A DNA stretch of 64,000 nucleotides from Epithemia pelagica (Eukaryota > Protista > Bacillariophyta). The translations under genes and the position numbers were made by a program. The stretch is from positions 930,001 through 994,000 of the forward strand of contig OX337237.1 in the NCBI GenBank assembly GCA_946965045.2, written 5' to 3'. The notes under the pieces are model-generated. The model saw nothing but the letters and a program-made list of their open reading frames with translations, did not search any database and was not told the DNA's origin. Positions 32,434-45,739 of this stretch are shown in pieces (the stretch's first letter is position 1; every line of letters starts with the position of its first letter).

Positions 32434-34453
32434 TTACACTCGTTGAGCGTGCCGAGCGGCCGCCTTGGCTCTCCATTGTTGCACAAAGGACTGAATCCGT
32501 TCGGCATGATCGTAGTCCAAAAAGAGAAGCTTCTTTCGTTTGGAGGACCAAACTAGACCATTGTTGTGCGTACATTCTTGGTAGACGGCTTCGTATTCCC
32601 CGTCCATGAGACACTGATGTTGGAACACAAGAGTCGTTTGGACACGACTCCGTTCTCGATCCCACAGCCATATTTGATCCACCACATTGGAGGGAATCGG
32701 AGAGCCAGTGGACAAACTGCTGCTGGTGGTACTTTGAACACGCAATTTGGGATGCGCATGTTTCTCCAAAAACCTCAGAATTTGACGGGCTTGAATTCCC
32801 AAATGAAAGGCCGCCTTGACCGAATCACGCGTCATGCGCAAAAAGACAACATTGGGTAACCGACGAATGGTAGCAACATCGCAAAAGAGGGCCAACATGC
32901 TCACGTGCAATTCACTCGTCGTGTAGGCACACACCTGAAAGTTGGTTTGCACAATCACGGCCAAATGCGAAGAATCATGCGGCGTCGGGTGTGCCAAGGC
33001 GGCCTCCAGGGCTTTGGAAGATAAGGACCATTGTGCCGAAGATGGAATGAGATTGTCATCTTCCTCCATCATGGCTTGATCGGCGGCTGTGCCTGTTCCA
33101 ATGAGTGATATTGCCACACGTGTGGGATAGAAAATGACCTTTGTGGTCCCTTCGTCATCAATGGTCAATTCACGTACGTAGAGCAATCCGAAATGGGCCA
33201 AATCTTTGAGCATCCGTCGTCCTGATTTGTTCAAGGCGGATGCGAGATAGGCTTCCCCCACATTCCGGCAAAAGCTAAGACAAATCAAGAGCAACAAACA
33301 CTCCTTGACCATCCGTTCTCCCTTTTCCTTGTTTTGTGAAACGACTTGCAAATACTGCAAACAAAAATGCCACACTTGTTCGTAATTGTCCTGTAACATA
33401 AAGTCGTAGCCTTTTTCTGTAATTACCAGCGGTGCTTGTTCTTGTGCGTTCGGTCCCTTGTAATCAGGATCGGGCTGCATCAGACCTATCACCAATACGA
33501 ACGAAAAAATAGAAACACCAAAAATATGACGGAAATGGAAGACAAATAGAACATATGAGTATTCCTGCATGTTCGTTTTCAGCACCATATATTTCCCCTT
33601 TCATCGTACCAGTTTGCAGTAAAAAGTGTACTACGGCAGCCGGAGGTTCCATACTTTCGGTTCCCACCAAAAAGTGCAGGACCGAATCCCATACCGTTTG
33701 GGTATACCGTTCCAAATCTTCAGGTGTTACAGCACCCATGGGATCCGGGGTAGAAAGATGCGGTTGTTTGCGCTTATTACTTCCAGAAGACAATTGTTTG
33801 AGGGCCGAGATACGTTCCCAGGCCTGCAATTGATCCTTGGCAATGGGTTGCCAGGGCGAAACGTGCATACGACACAACGAGGCGGTGAAACCAACACGAA
33901 ATTCCGGAGTCAATGAGAGTTCGGCTGTTTTCTTGGGTGGCGGAGCTTGCTTATTAGGTGTTTCTCCTCCTTCTTTTGGTGGTGGTTGTTGTTGTTCATT
34001 TTCGTCCGCATCGTCGTCTAGAACAATAGCCCATTGACGCAATTCCGGAAGAATTGTCTGCCGCAATACCTTATCACCATTCGACAACCAATGTTGGACA
34101 CCGGCCATGGCAAAGGATCCTCCCGTACATTGCAATCGAATCAATATTTGTTGCGCCGGTAAGGACAGTTGCTGCACAATGGCACGGCATACAAAGGGTC
34201 CGCGCTGTTCGTCCAAATACAATTGTCGCAGAGTGGATTTGGGTACCTTGAGACGCAAATAGTCCAAGACACCGCGGGTTCGAGATAAGGCAGCGGCTGC
34301 GGCGGCTGCGGATTTCTTGCTTCCTTTGCCTCCTGGCGACGACACTGTCGTTCGTGATGCTTGTTGTTTGTTGCTCCCTTTGGAAGCGGTCGATTTGTCG
34401 CGAGACGTGGAAGGAGCAGCTTTATTGCTCGAGGAAGGCGCCGCCGATGACAT
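32434..34453 (-). CDS. GTF2H4: TFIIH subunit p52/Tfb2, intron 33486-33609
   Basis: YTQTVWDSVLHFLVG; spliced FLLQTG|LMQ; ITEKGYDFMLQD, FYPTRVA, IVQTNFQVCAYT, GIQARQILRFL, VVDQIWLWDRER. Confidence 0.92.
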
Positions 34454-35005
34454 AATTGCTTTCGACTTGTCTTACACCGTATTCAAATGATGACTCTTTT
34501 AGAGAAGGAATGTTGGATTGGTCATCAATGTCCCCTCTCCGTGTTTTGATAGATGTTTCTTATCCTTTGATCTCCGCTGTTGTGGCCCCTCTGCGTGTTT
34601 GGGTTTTGGGTGCGGTCGCGGCCGCGGCATCTGGTAGTGGATCGCCGGAAGGAGCGTGACACGGTATGGGGTCGTCGCATCGACGACATCGGGAAGGCTA
34701 TCAGCACTAGACGAATCGGACTATTTCCTCTCCAATATTGACTTTCCTCCGTTTCACCTCCGTATTGACTCACATCTAGCTAGGGACATGTTATAGACAT
34801 TGCTGAAACATGTTCACAAGCAGAATAGAGCTAATAATATTGGTATCTTCTGATGCGTTGTTTGGTTTCTAAGGCGTTTGTTTTGCGTTGCTTTTGTGGT
34901 CATGCATTGGTAATCGCTTATTCAACTCTCGGTCACGGTCTCATACCACATTTGCCACACCGCAATGGAAAGTGAGTTTAGCAATGTCGTATCTGCAATG
35001 TTGCG

Positions 35006-38000
35006 TTATGTTTGCCATTTGGACATTGTGGCGCCATATTTCCCTTGACTACCAAATGGATCACTCGTCTTCTTGAAATCGCCTGGTACTGTTGCACTTC
35101 GCATTGTTCCTTCTTTAGCTGCTGCGGCAGAGGGAGAAGCTGATGACATGACAGTCGTATCCATCCCTCCTATTCTTGAGTCAGCATCGACGGATGCTGT
35201 TGCTGGGGGCACAGAGTTAGACGATTGCTGTGGTCCTCCCGATATAAGTGGCGGTGGATTGGGTGGTAAAAAGCTGCCGGGTCCGGCCATGGGTTCTTCC
35301 ATGTCCTCGATCATCAAACCACTTGTCTCTCTTTCTGCACTCACTTCCTTCACAATGCTTCCACCCAGAGAATTCCGACTGGGCCGATGTCCAGAAGAAG
35401 ATGGAATGGGTGATGCCACCGGTGTGTTGTTAAACTCTTCGGTACTGCTCAACATTCCAGACATGTCGGAGATGGTCTTTTTCCGACTGCGACGACCACG
35501 TCCGCCTCGACGAGTAGCAATTTCTACCAACGTCTGTTGTTCTGCTCGATCTCTGGCCAACATGGCCCGAATGGCTTCGCTGGACACCTGTTTGGTGTGT
35601 CCATGCCTCATGACTAATCCAGCATGAATGACCGCAGATGCACCGCCACCATTCTGTTCTTGGTTTTGCTCCCGTTGTGCCAGAATCACGTCTCTCGCAT
35701 GTTCGGCCTGCTGTTCTTCGAATCGCTTGGACGCTTCCAGAACTGCCAGGCGCATTTGTCGGTGGGCACGGTACAGTCGCCGATTGACGACCAAGGCCGA
35801 CTTGGTCTTGTCTTTGACGACTTCCTCCAGATCAGGAGGAACATGCGCACCATGGTCGGCTTTTGGCAAAATCAAGTCACGCACCGCATCTGCGACAGCA
35901 TGCAAGTCGCCCACTGCCTCGTTCGGCTCTTCCGCGATACGAGCAACCGATGGGTCCTTGGATCGTTCGGAATCGTCCTTGCGTGCTTCATCATCCTCAT
36001 GTCCATGTTCTCCCAATGACCGAGACCTTCTGCGGACATAGGGTTGACCCACCGGAAAGGATGGGATGAACAAGGGATTGGAGGGAAGTGCACCTCCTGA
36101 TGGGGATAAGATCACCCGATCTTGTGCATTGCGAGGAGACAAATAATCGCTCGGTCCTCGTTCTGGTGTCATGGGGGGAGTCAGTGACGAGGCTGCCGGG
36201 AGAGCGTCATCCATGGACAGAGGCGAATCTTCTCCAAAGTCCTCTCCATCAATATCAATCAGTTTCTTGTGATCCGCTGGTGTCACTGGTGCGGATTGAG
36301 AGAGCATAGGACCAGAAGGACCAAAGAGGTCCGAATGCTCGGTGGATTCTTGAGTGATAGCGGTCATGGCCGCCGTGGCTTCGGGTGCATGGTTTTCCAG
36401 CGTTCGACTTTCGGGCACGGCTTGGAGGCCGGTCAGCGAAGCTCCCAGTGTCACCAAACTGGCATCCATGCCGACCTTGGCGCGCTGTTGCAAATGATCC
36501 GTGGGATTTTCTCGAGTTTGGCCCTTCATGAGCAACAAGAAATCATCGTATGTGATGCGGGCATGTTGGCATTTAACAGCCTTGATGGAATCTCCCCACA
36601 TTTGCCGCATGGCATCCTCACTTTGTAAGGCATCACTTCCCATGAGATCCATAATATCATCTAGAATAATATACTGTCCAAAACAGACAAGAGCACACAC
36701 ACAAAAGTCAGCAACCACAGACAGCGAGAACAAACATTCCAGATACACTTAGACAACAACAACGTACACCCTTGTGATCGGAATCCAGTCGTTCAAAGGC
36801 CAATCTCAAATTGCGGTCATCCACCGAACATTGACTCAGACCGGCCGCAATGAATTCATGCCAATGAATTCGTGTTTCGGTTTTGCGAACTCGCATGGCA
36901 TCAAATATATCCGTCACTTCTTCTTCCGTCAAGGCTCCGAGCGACCCCGCACCGGCATTTTGCATCAAGACTTGTTTCAAGGCCGTCAAGGAGATTTCGC
37001 CCGATCCATCCGTATCCATTTTTTCAAATTCTCGGCGCAAATCGCGAATTTGATCCGGCAAGAGTGTAAAACTCAAGACTTCGCACAAGAGTTTGCGCAT
37101 ATCGGAGAACTCTTTGAAATTGACCAAGGCCTTGACCACATTGGCACTCAGCGCATTGTTTCCATTTTGACGCGGTTCCCATTCTTGGAACCATTCGTGT
37201 TGTTGCGCCTGTTGAGCCGTGGGACGGGCCTTGGGATCCGTCACCAGCAAGGAGCGGATAAAGGACAAGGCTCGCGTACTGACCAATTCCCAAATTTCGG
37301 CAGGTTCAAAGGCATATCGTCCTTGCAAAATGTTGCCTCGCACCGTCATGAGAGGTTCCGGACCTCCGCATCCTCCAAAGGGTGGTTCACCCGACAGCAA
37401 CAGAAAACTAATGACACCAATCGCCCAGATATCGCATCGTTCATCGTAGGTTCCCCGAATTACTTCGGGCGCTACCGTGTAGGGCGTCCCCACCGCTTCA
37501 TGGTGGACTTCGCCGTACCGAAAATGCTTGGACAAACCAAAGTCAATCATTTTCAATTCCGAATCGGGATGGACGGAGGAAAACAAAAAGTTTTCCAATT
37601 TCAAATCGCGATGAATAATTCCCTTGGAATGCAAATACCGGACGGCACTCAACATTTGTTTCACCAACCGGGCACATTCGGCTTCCGTGTAATGATAATC
37701 GGGTTGTTCGTCGAGACGATCAAACAATTCGCCACCCAAACACAATTCCTGAACCAAATAAATTTCCGTGTGACTTTCGTAGACTTCTTCCAATCGTACA
37801 ATATTGGGATGATCCAATTGACACATGATAAAAATTTCTTCGCGCAATTGTTGCAAGCCCGTCGGGGTTTCGACCAAGCCCAAATCCAGTACCTTGACGG
37901 CATACTTGAGACCCGTGGCCTTGTGAGTGACCAATCGGACCATACCGGCAATACCACTGCCCAGGACGGGTCCGTTGTGGACGCCATCGTAGACTTCTTC

Positions 38001-38828
38001 AATGGGTTTGCCAAAGGGTACTTCAATATGGACGACATTTTGTCCCAAATCGCCGCCCACCCGTCGATCTTCAATCATTTCATCCAGGCCAATGGCCGAT
38101 GTGGAATGACTCAACATTTTCGGATTGGAACCTGTACTACAGGAACGACGCAAACTTTCCTTTTTGAAACTATTCGCCTTGTTGTACGGGTGCATGGCAT
38201 GAGGATTGTTGGATGCACCGTACCCGGTCGATGAGGTGGACAAACCTCCGGTCGAAGATTGATCATTGTGACTGGAATCGTCACCTCCATGATCCCAGGA
38301 AGAGGAGGGATCGACGACACTGTCAATCGTTTGCAATTCCGTCGGTGGTGGTGGTGTCGTCCCTCGCGGCGGTGTCTTGTTGTTGTTGTTAGTGTTATGA
38401 TGATGATGGCCCAACGAGGAAGCTGCCGAAGAAACGGACGAATCAGCCGAGGATAAAATGGCTTCGGGATGCCCCGGTTGAACCTGATGTTTGGGCGGTT
38501 CAGGAGCTTGATGCTTTTGTTTCTTTTTCTTGTCTTGAGCCGTCTTTTTGTTGTTGTTGTTGTTTCGTCGCGAGCCTTTGCTGCCGGCACTGGATACCGA
38601 AGAGGCTGACGAGGCCGCAGCCGCCGCCGACGTTGTTGTGGTGGCTTTTTTGCTTCCACGTCGTAAAAAGCCACCCTTTTTGGTGCCATTGGTGTTGTTG
38701 GGAGTAGTGGACTTTGATTGACGATGATTGGTCAAGGGTGGTTTGCCCGGTGTCGGAGGAGTGGAAGCAGAAGGATCCACCACTTCCCCCAAGTCTGACT
38801 TTTCCTTTTTGCGTTTAAAGAGCGGCAT
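35006..38828 (-). CDS. Calcium-dependent protein kinase (kinase + EF hands) with long C-terminal tail, intron 36674-36767
   Basis: LGSGIAG, YAVKVL, IIHRDLKLEN, DFGLS, YTVAPE, junction LRKLL-like segment, EF hands MDTDGSGEIS and LDSDHKG|YIILDD (spliced). Confidence 0.88.
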
Positions 38829-40482
38829 ACTGGAGAGAGTCTGTTTCCAATCGACAAGTGGATGGAAAGCACAGAACTCCGAACAAGGTTGTTCCAACTG
38901 GAATCCTTTTCGGGGTCAAGGAAGTAAAGTGATGCAACGAAACTGCAGCACTGCTTGTTTGTGAATCAAATCGAGTTCGCAATACGTCCCTGCCTCCGTT
39001 GTGGGTTGATAACTTTGCCCACAAGCCAAGAGACGAACGCAAATGACCTCTTTCAGTGATGGTTGTTGGTTTCGTCCTTGTTGTTGCAACCAAAAGGTTT
39101 GTGTTACAACAGTTCAAGGGGCAGATAGTTCAATTGAGGAGTTGTTTATTCTTGACACTCAATGCGGTAGGAACAAAACAGTGTTCTTCTCTTGCTGTCC
39201 TCAAGCGAGTACTGGAGTGGCGGCAGGTTGCTGTCGTTGTGGTTGTTCCTGTGGCGGTGCGCAGGCATGCAACCACAGCGTTTGTTCAAACAAGAGAGAG
39301 CAGAGAACTCTTTTTTGGACTTGACGCGACTCTCTGGGCCTAGCACGCACAACGAGTACGTAGGTCCTCTCTTTCTTGTCGCGCAGTGAGAGAAGGGAAT
39401 GATGTATGCACCGAAAAGAGAGGCGATGTGTTGAAACGAGGTCGCTCCAACGCCAAAGACAAGCAAACACCACCACAGAAACCAGAGAAAGGAAGGCTTG
39501 TCGAAGGGCAACTCAACTTTATGCCACCGCAAGAAGAGAACAACCCGAAAAGACACGACCCTGTTGGGAAATGTCAGAGGACAGCTGTGATGATGTGTGT
39601 GTTCCCGTGTACGATATCTACGTGACCCGAAGAAGAGAAAAGGATGATGTGTTTGGGGTGTCTTTGGTCAGCTTGTTGTGCCTCTTTGTTGTGTGTCTTG
39701 TAATAGAGGAGGTCTTAGCTTGCCACGACAACGGGTCGTCGCGCAGAGGAATCTCACAACTCACGAATCGTTCTACAAAAATACTCTATAGTAGTACTTC
39801 AAAAACCATAGTAAAACGTGTTGCCACGCAGGCAGATGGCAGGGGCAGCGGCGAGCAGTCGCCGATAAGCATCGAGAGGGGAAAAAACGTCACTCCCGCA
39901 TCGCCTTCGTCGGTAGTCGGAAGAAAGGGGTCAAGCGGGCCGTGTCAGAATTATTGTCGAGAGTCCCTACAGGTCCAACCATAGCTCATGTGACTGTAGG
40001 TTGAACAGTACCTCATCTCCGTCGTGGTCACCCACTCAAAACACTCTCACGCTTTCACTCTCTCAAAAGCTCACGGCACACACCACCCACACATCCATTC
40101 GTCTATTGGGTCTCTTGTGAATGTCCTATCTGTCCCATCGATTCCATCACCAAGAGTTGTGTTGTATATTCCAGGAAGGCAATTGCAATTCTCTCCAACA
40201 CTTGCGCAACGAGAACGGATCAACGCTCGATCCAATCTCGTTTGTGTTGTGTGTGTCTTTGTGTTGATTGATTGGGTGGTGTTTCTCGTTGTTCCCTTCC
40301 AGTAAAACAGCTCTGTGACGTATTGGGCATTCCATTCTTCGATTTGGGTTTTGTGGCAAACAAAAGAGTGTGGCTTGGCTTTCATCACTGCTGCCAATTT
40401 TGCTGCTCGTTCTTGGATTGACCTCAATCTACCACACTGGAATCGTTTCACGGAGGATCAAAATCTCTACATTTTTCTCAGA

Positions 40483-41592
40483 ATGGGCGTGGAAAAAATT
40501 CCATGGGAAACCAAATTGGCCATTCTCCAACGGTACAAGGAAACCCAAGGGACCGCCGTCGTACCGACGCGGTACATTGATCCCGATTCGGGGTTTCGAT
40601 TGGGTGGATGGGTCCATCATTTACGACAAACCAGGAGCAAATTAACGCCGGAACAAGTCCAAATATTGGAAGACATTGGGTTTGTGTGGAATGCCAGCAA
40701 GGAACGACCCTGGGAAATTAAATTGGCGGCCCTTCGGCGCTTTTACGAACAACATCACCATTTTCGAGTGCCACGATTTCACGTCGATGAAGTTAGTGGA
40801 TTCAAATTGGGACAATGGATTCCTAGTTTGCGACGAAAAGATGCCGCTCTCAAACCCTCACGACGACGAGATTTGGAACGATTGGGATTTTTTGCTCCCG
40901 AGAGCTCCTCCCACCAAGAAACACAGCAGCAGCAGCAAGAGGATTCCGACTTTTTGACGGATCCATCTGCCTCGCAGACAATGGAATTTGCGTCTCCGAT
41001 ACCATCACAATTAGAATCCCTGTATCAAAACAGCAATCTCAATCATCCGGGTGCGACTTGGAGCGACTATGGTCTGACGACCTCTTCTCTGTCTCCCTTT
41101 GCTGCAGCAGGTGGATTGTCCAATGCGTCCTCGACGACCACCGCCACGACTGCGACATCGACAACCTGTTCCACAACCGAAGTTCCATCGTTATCCCTCC
41201 TCTCTCAACATCAACAACAACAACAACAACAAGGGGAACTGGATTCCTCCTCGGTATTTTTGCCCACCTCCTTGGTGGATGACTCCTCCTCACAACCACA
41301 ACATAAACCCTATGCACCCTTGTCTCTGGTATCGTCCGCTTTACCACCATCACAACCGGCCAACCGGTCTCCGCCATTTCACCGTGCGACAAACGCTACG
41401 ACGACGACGACGACCAGTCGCAGCCTGTACCATCCACACAACACTAGTGTACGAGCCACGGTGGCACAGGGAATGGCATTTATGCGGCAACCCTTGGAAC
41501 AGTTGAAAACGCAGTCCTCGTCCGTTCCCACAGCTGCCGGAGTGGCCACCAACGCCACGAGCGATCCCCATGTGCAAGTGATTGAATTGTAG
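40483..41592 (+). CDS. Helicase-associated (HA) repeat protein
   Basis: Two HA repeats (WETKLAILQRYKETQGTAVVP...LGGWVHHLRQ; WEIKLAALRRFYEQHHHFRVP...LGQWI) followed by a low-complexity tail. Confidence 0.8.
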   Translation: MGVEKIPWETKLAILQRYKETQGTAVVPTRYIDPDSGFRLGGWVHHLRQTRSKLTPEQVQILEDIGFVWNASKERPWEIKLAALRRFYEQHHHFRVPRFHVDEVSGFKLGQWIPSLRRKDAALKPSRRRDLERLGFFAPESSSHQETQQQQQEDSDFLTDPSASQTMEFASPIPSQLESLYQNSNLNHPGATWSDYGLTTSSLSPFAAAGGLSNASSTTTATTATSTTCSTTEVPSLSLLSQHQQQQQQQGELDSSSVFLPTSLVDDSSSQPQHKPYAPLSLVSSALPPSQPANRSPPFHRATNATTTTTTSRSLYHPHNTSVRATVAQGMAFMRQPLEQLKTQSSSVPTAAGVATNATSDPHVQVIEL

Positions 41593-41873
41593 GAATACAC
41601 CATCAATCTACGTACTATATACCATTCTTGGGAGCGGGGGTTGCCACCGTGCTCCTTTGGACATTCTTGTACGAGTATTTCATATCACAGTATTATACTC
41701 CCAGAAAGTATAGATGCACACTGTTCTGTTATCATTGTGAAAGAGAGAGGATGTAGATGCTAGAGTTCTACAAATTCGTCGCGGTCTCTTTTCGGTCGCG
41801 TGTATCTCGGCGGTATCTTCTCGGAAGATCCATTTCCAAGTTCTGCCAAGGTGACAAAGGAACAACATTCCCC

Positions 41874-42986
41874 ATGACAACAACGACACCGTCCGATTCA
41901 CACTGTATCAGCTTTTCCGATGTCGAGGAAGCGGCTCGTAGGATTCACGGTGTGGCGCATCGGACGCCCGTCTTGACATCCTTGTCCATGGATCGAGCAG
42001 CATCGGCTGGACAAGCCAGTTCGACCGAACATCGCTTGTTTTTCAAGGTGGAAGCCCTACAAAAGACGGGGTCGTTCAAATTTCGTGGTGCCTTGAATGC
42101 GATACAATATTTAATGGAACAGAAACGAGCAACAGCCAGCGACCAAGGTGAACCAGAAGCAGCAAAGAAGGAGGATCCCTGCTTGCAAGTGGTGACCCAT
42201 TCGTCCGGCAATCATGCACAAGCACTGGCCTTGGCGGCCAAACTGTCATCAGCTCACGCCACCATTGTCATGCCTCGCAATACACCCCTTGTCAAAAAGA
42301 ATGCCGTCCAAGATTTTGGGGCCACCATTGTCCTGGTAGACAATAGCAACGAAGCGCGAGAGACAGAGGCTGAAACGATTCGACAACGAACTGGTGCGGC
42401 CTTTGTCCATCCCAGTGAAGATCCCAAAGTCATTGCGGGACAAGGGACTGTCTGTCTGGAACTGGTACAACAAATGCGAGAATTGTACGATGGAGCCAAG
42501 CCGGATGTCGTGATTATCCCCGTGGGAGGAGGAGGACTTGCGTCGGGAAACTTGATCTCACTGCGAGCCTTGTTGTCTTCCTCCGTCAAAATTGTCCTGG
42601 CCGAACCCAAGGAATTGGACGACGCTTACCGATCCTTTACATCGGGAACATTGTTGAATCATGCTCCGGACAATCAACTCAACAGTGTTGCCGATGGCCT
42701 CAAAACCACACTGGGTCCCAATACATGGCCCATTGTTCGAGACTTGGCGGACGAAATCATTGTCGTGGATGAAGAATCCATTTTACGGGCCACCCTCTTG
42801 GCCTGGCAACGCCTCAAAATCTGCATTGAACCAAGTGCCGGAGTGGGATTGGCCGTGGCCTGTTCGGAAACCTTCCGTCAGCACTATCCACCTTCCGAGT
42901 ACAAAAATGTTGGTGTTGTTCTCTGTGGAGGAAACGTGGATGTTGTAGAGATTGCGGCCAAGATGAAAGCCATGGGAATATCCTAG
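41874..42986 (+). CDS. PLP-dependent serine racemase / threonine dehydratase family enzyme
   Basis: FKVEALQKTGSFKFRGA (PLP lysine), SSGNHAQA, PVGGGGL, SVADGL, IEPSAG, VVLCGGNVD. Confidence 0.9.
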   Translation: MTTTTPSDSHCISFSDVEEAARRIHGVAHRTPVLTSLSMDRAASAGQASSTEHRLFFKVEALQKTGSFKFRGALNAIQYLMEQKRATASDQGEPEAAKKEDPCLQVVTHSSGNHAQALALAAKLSSAHATIVMPRNTPLVKKNAVQDFGATIVLVDNSNEARETEAETIRQRTGAAFVHPSEDPKVIAGQGTVCLELVQQMRELYDGAKPDVVIIPVGGGGLASGNLISLRALLSSSVKIVLAEPKELDDAYRSFTSGTLLNHAPDNQLNSVADGLKTTLGPNTWPIVRDLADEIIVVDEESILRATLLAWQRLKICIEPSAGVGLAVACSETFRQHYPPSEYKNVGVVLCGGNVDVVEIAAKMKAMGIS

Positions 42987-43131
42987 CGATTATATTAGAG
43001 TCTGTTGGATACGGCGTCTCATGTAGTGTAGCAGTTGTTGGTCATCCACGAGATTTGGCACGCATATAAAGTGCGACTGCCGTTTTCCCCAGCAGTGTCA
43101 CTGCAATAAGTAGAATTTCTTCACTCTCGCG

Positions 43132-44243
43132 ATGGGAAGAATGACCTCTGTAGACTCTGGTTTGTTGTCTGAAGCAACGGGGTCAGGAAAGGGACAAAAG
43201 AAAAAAGAGGGTGACGGTCGAAAGGAGGGACCAAAGGAGAAGTGTATAGTCGAGGACAAGGACCCCAGAAATACAAGTGAACCGAATTGTGGTACTAGCG
43301 GTGCTAGTGGTGGTGGTGTAGGCGCTGCTGCTGCTGCTGATGACGATGATCGGGACGAGGAAGGAACAGAAGAGGATCTGGAGACGGGATCGTCATGGCC
43401 ATTGCGGCAAAGAAGCAGATTTCGCGAACTTCCAAGCCATTTGACCGACCCTCAACTTCTTTCAGATCGAGTTTTCAAGACGAGGACGAACTGGAATTGG
43501 TACTGGACGAGTTGAAAATTGCTGACGAAAAAATTGTCCTGGACGACCACGGGAAAGCTTGCTACTACCTGCCGGGAGACGAGCACAACGAGGCAACCCG
43601 GTTTATTGTAAACCTTTTTTCTCAGTGGGCGAACAAGGTAAAAGGGATTGCTGGCGAGAATACCAATGTCAGACTTGGACCTCGACTCCCTGGGGCACCG
43701 CCACCACGAAAGCGACGCAAGCCAAAAACGAGACTACCCGACGTTGCAATATGGGGTCGATCAAAGTGTGATTTGTTCCCGGATGGAAGAGTCAAAACTC
43801 CTATGCGAGCCTCACCGGGGATTGCACAACCCAAGGTTCATCCCCACGTGGTTATCCAGGTCAGTGTCTTCAATGATGAGGACTATGAAGTCGATGCCGT
43901 GAATGATCTCTCGTCTCGCGCAGTTGCTGGGCAGGGAACCCAACCTCGTCTGTCGGTCCTGATCAAAGAACGCCGGGCTGATCCTTTGCAGAGTGTGCAG
44001 GCTGCTGGCTTTGACATTTACTATCTTCCAAATGGAACTTATTTTCAAGACGCGCAGAGCGGAATCAACAATGCAAGACATGTTGTTTATAACCATGGTG
44101 GACCCGATGTTGTTGTGACCATTACGGAGGGGGACCTGGGAGGCTTCCATCTGAGTCTTTGGCAGTCGTTCAAGGACTACATTCTGGGTGGTGGCACGGA
44201 CTTTGAGATTAGCATGGCGGAGCTCTGGAGCTGTATGTACTAA
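43132..44243 (+). CDS. Uma2-like PD-(D/E)XK endonuclease-fold protein; one T in the run at 43472-43475 would fuse the two ORFs
   Basis: RLPDVAIWG and PHVVIQVS resemble Uma2 motifs. ORFs 43132-43515 and 43395-44243 join as ...SDRVFQDEDEL... with a +1 T. Confidence 0.5.
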
Positions 44244-44267
44244 ATTTTCGGATTTAGAAATTGTTAA

Positions 44268-44592
44268 TGGGTGGATGGGTCCATCATTTACGACAAACCA
44301 GGAGCAAATTAAAGCCGGAACAAGTCCAAATATTGGAAGACATTGGGTTTGTGTGGAATGCCAGCAAGGAACGACCCTGGGAAATTCAATTGGCGGCCCT
44401 TCGGCGCTTTTACGAACAACATCACCATTTTCGAGTGCCTCGATTTCACGTCGATGAAGTGAGTGGATTCAAATTGGGGCAATGAATTCCTAGTTTGCGA
44501 CGAAAAGATGCCGCTCTCAAACCCTCACGACGACGAGATTTGGAACGATTGGGATTTTTTGCTCCCGAGAGCTCCTCCCACCAAGAAACACA

Positions 44593-44634
<42 letters not shown>

Positions 44635-45660
44635 AGAGGATTCCGACTTTTTGACGGATCCATCCGCCTCGCAGACCATGGAATTTGCGTCTCCGATTAC
44701 ATCACAATTAGAATCCCTCTATCAAAACAGCAATCTCAATCATCCGGGTGCGAATTGGAGCGACTATGGTCTGACGCGGGGATGCGTCCTCGACGACCAC
44801 CGCCACGACTGCGACATCGACAACCTGTTCCACCACCGCAGTTCCATCGTTATCCCTCCTCTCTCAACATTATCAACAACATCAACAACAAGGGGAACTC
44901 GATTCCTCCTCGGTATTTTTGCCCACTTCCTTGGTGGATGACTCCTCCTCACAACCACAACATAAACCCTTTGCCCCCTTGTCTTTGGTATCGTCCGCTT
45001 TAGCACCATCACAACCGGCCAATCGATCTCCTCCATATCACCGTGCGCCGAACGCTACGACGACGACGACCAGTCGCAGCCTGTACGATCCGCAAAACAC
45101 TAGTGTACAGCCACGGTGGCACAGGGAATGGCATTCATGCGGCAACCCTCGGAACAGTTGACAACGCAATCCTCGTCCGTCCCCACAGCTGCAGGAGTGG
45201 CCACCAACGCCACGAGCGATCCCCATGTGCAAGTGATTGAATTGTAGAAATACACCATCAAGCTACTTACTACATACCATTCTGGGGAGCAGCGACACCG
45301 TCCGATTCACACTGTATCAGCTTTCCCAATGTCGAGGAAGCGGCTCGTAGGATTCACGGTGTGGCGCATCGGACGCCCGTCTTGACATCCTTGTCCATGG
45401 ATCGAGCAGCATCGGCTGGACAAGCCAGTTCGACCGAACATCGCTTGTTTTTCAAGGTGGAAGCCCTTCAAAAGACGGGGTCGTTCAAATTTCGTGGTGC
45501 CTTGAATGCGATACAACATTTAATAGAACAGAAACGAGCAACAGCCAGCGACCAAGGTGAACCAGAAGCAGTGTCCTTTTGTACCTCTACGTCCGTAGAT
45601 GTATAGGGAAAGGTAGTGTAGTCCACGAGATTTGGCACGCATATAAAGTGCGACTGCCGC
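44268..45660 (+). pseudogene. Degenerate, internally deleted copy of 40601-43085 (HA gene plus racemase 5' part)
   Basis: Starts mid-gene. TGG>TGA stop at 44483-44485, expanded CAG run, frameshifts and several deletions. Ends in a copy of the 43022-43085 sequence. Confidence 0.9.
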
Positions 45661-45739
45661 TTTCCAGCTGCTATTGAGAGATGGCATCATGAGAATCTTT
45701 TTTGGGCCTAGAGTCCACGTCTCTCATCATTGACACAAA

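Noticed and set aside
31857-32507. Two in-frame minus-strand ORFs separated by one TGA (possible readthrough or selenocysteine)
   Set aside because: No recognisable domain or SECIS; more likely decayed or chance sequence overlapping the TFB2 3' end.
36774-38234. 486-aa plus-strand ORF opposite the kinase; likewise 52843-54060, 59000-60241, 25109-26155 and 4274-5314
   Set aside because: Antisense shadows of well-supported genes.
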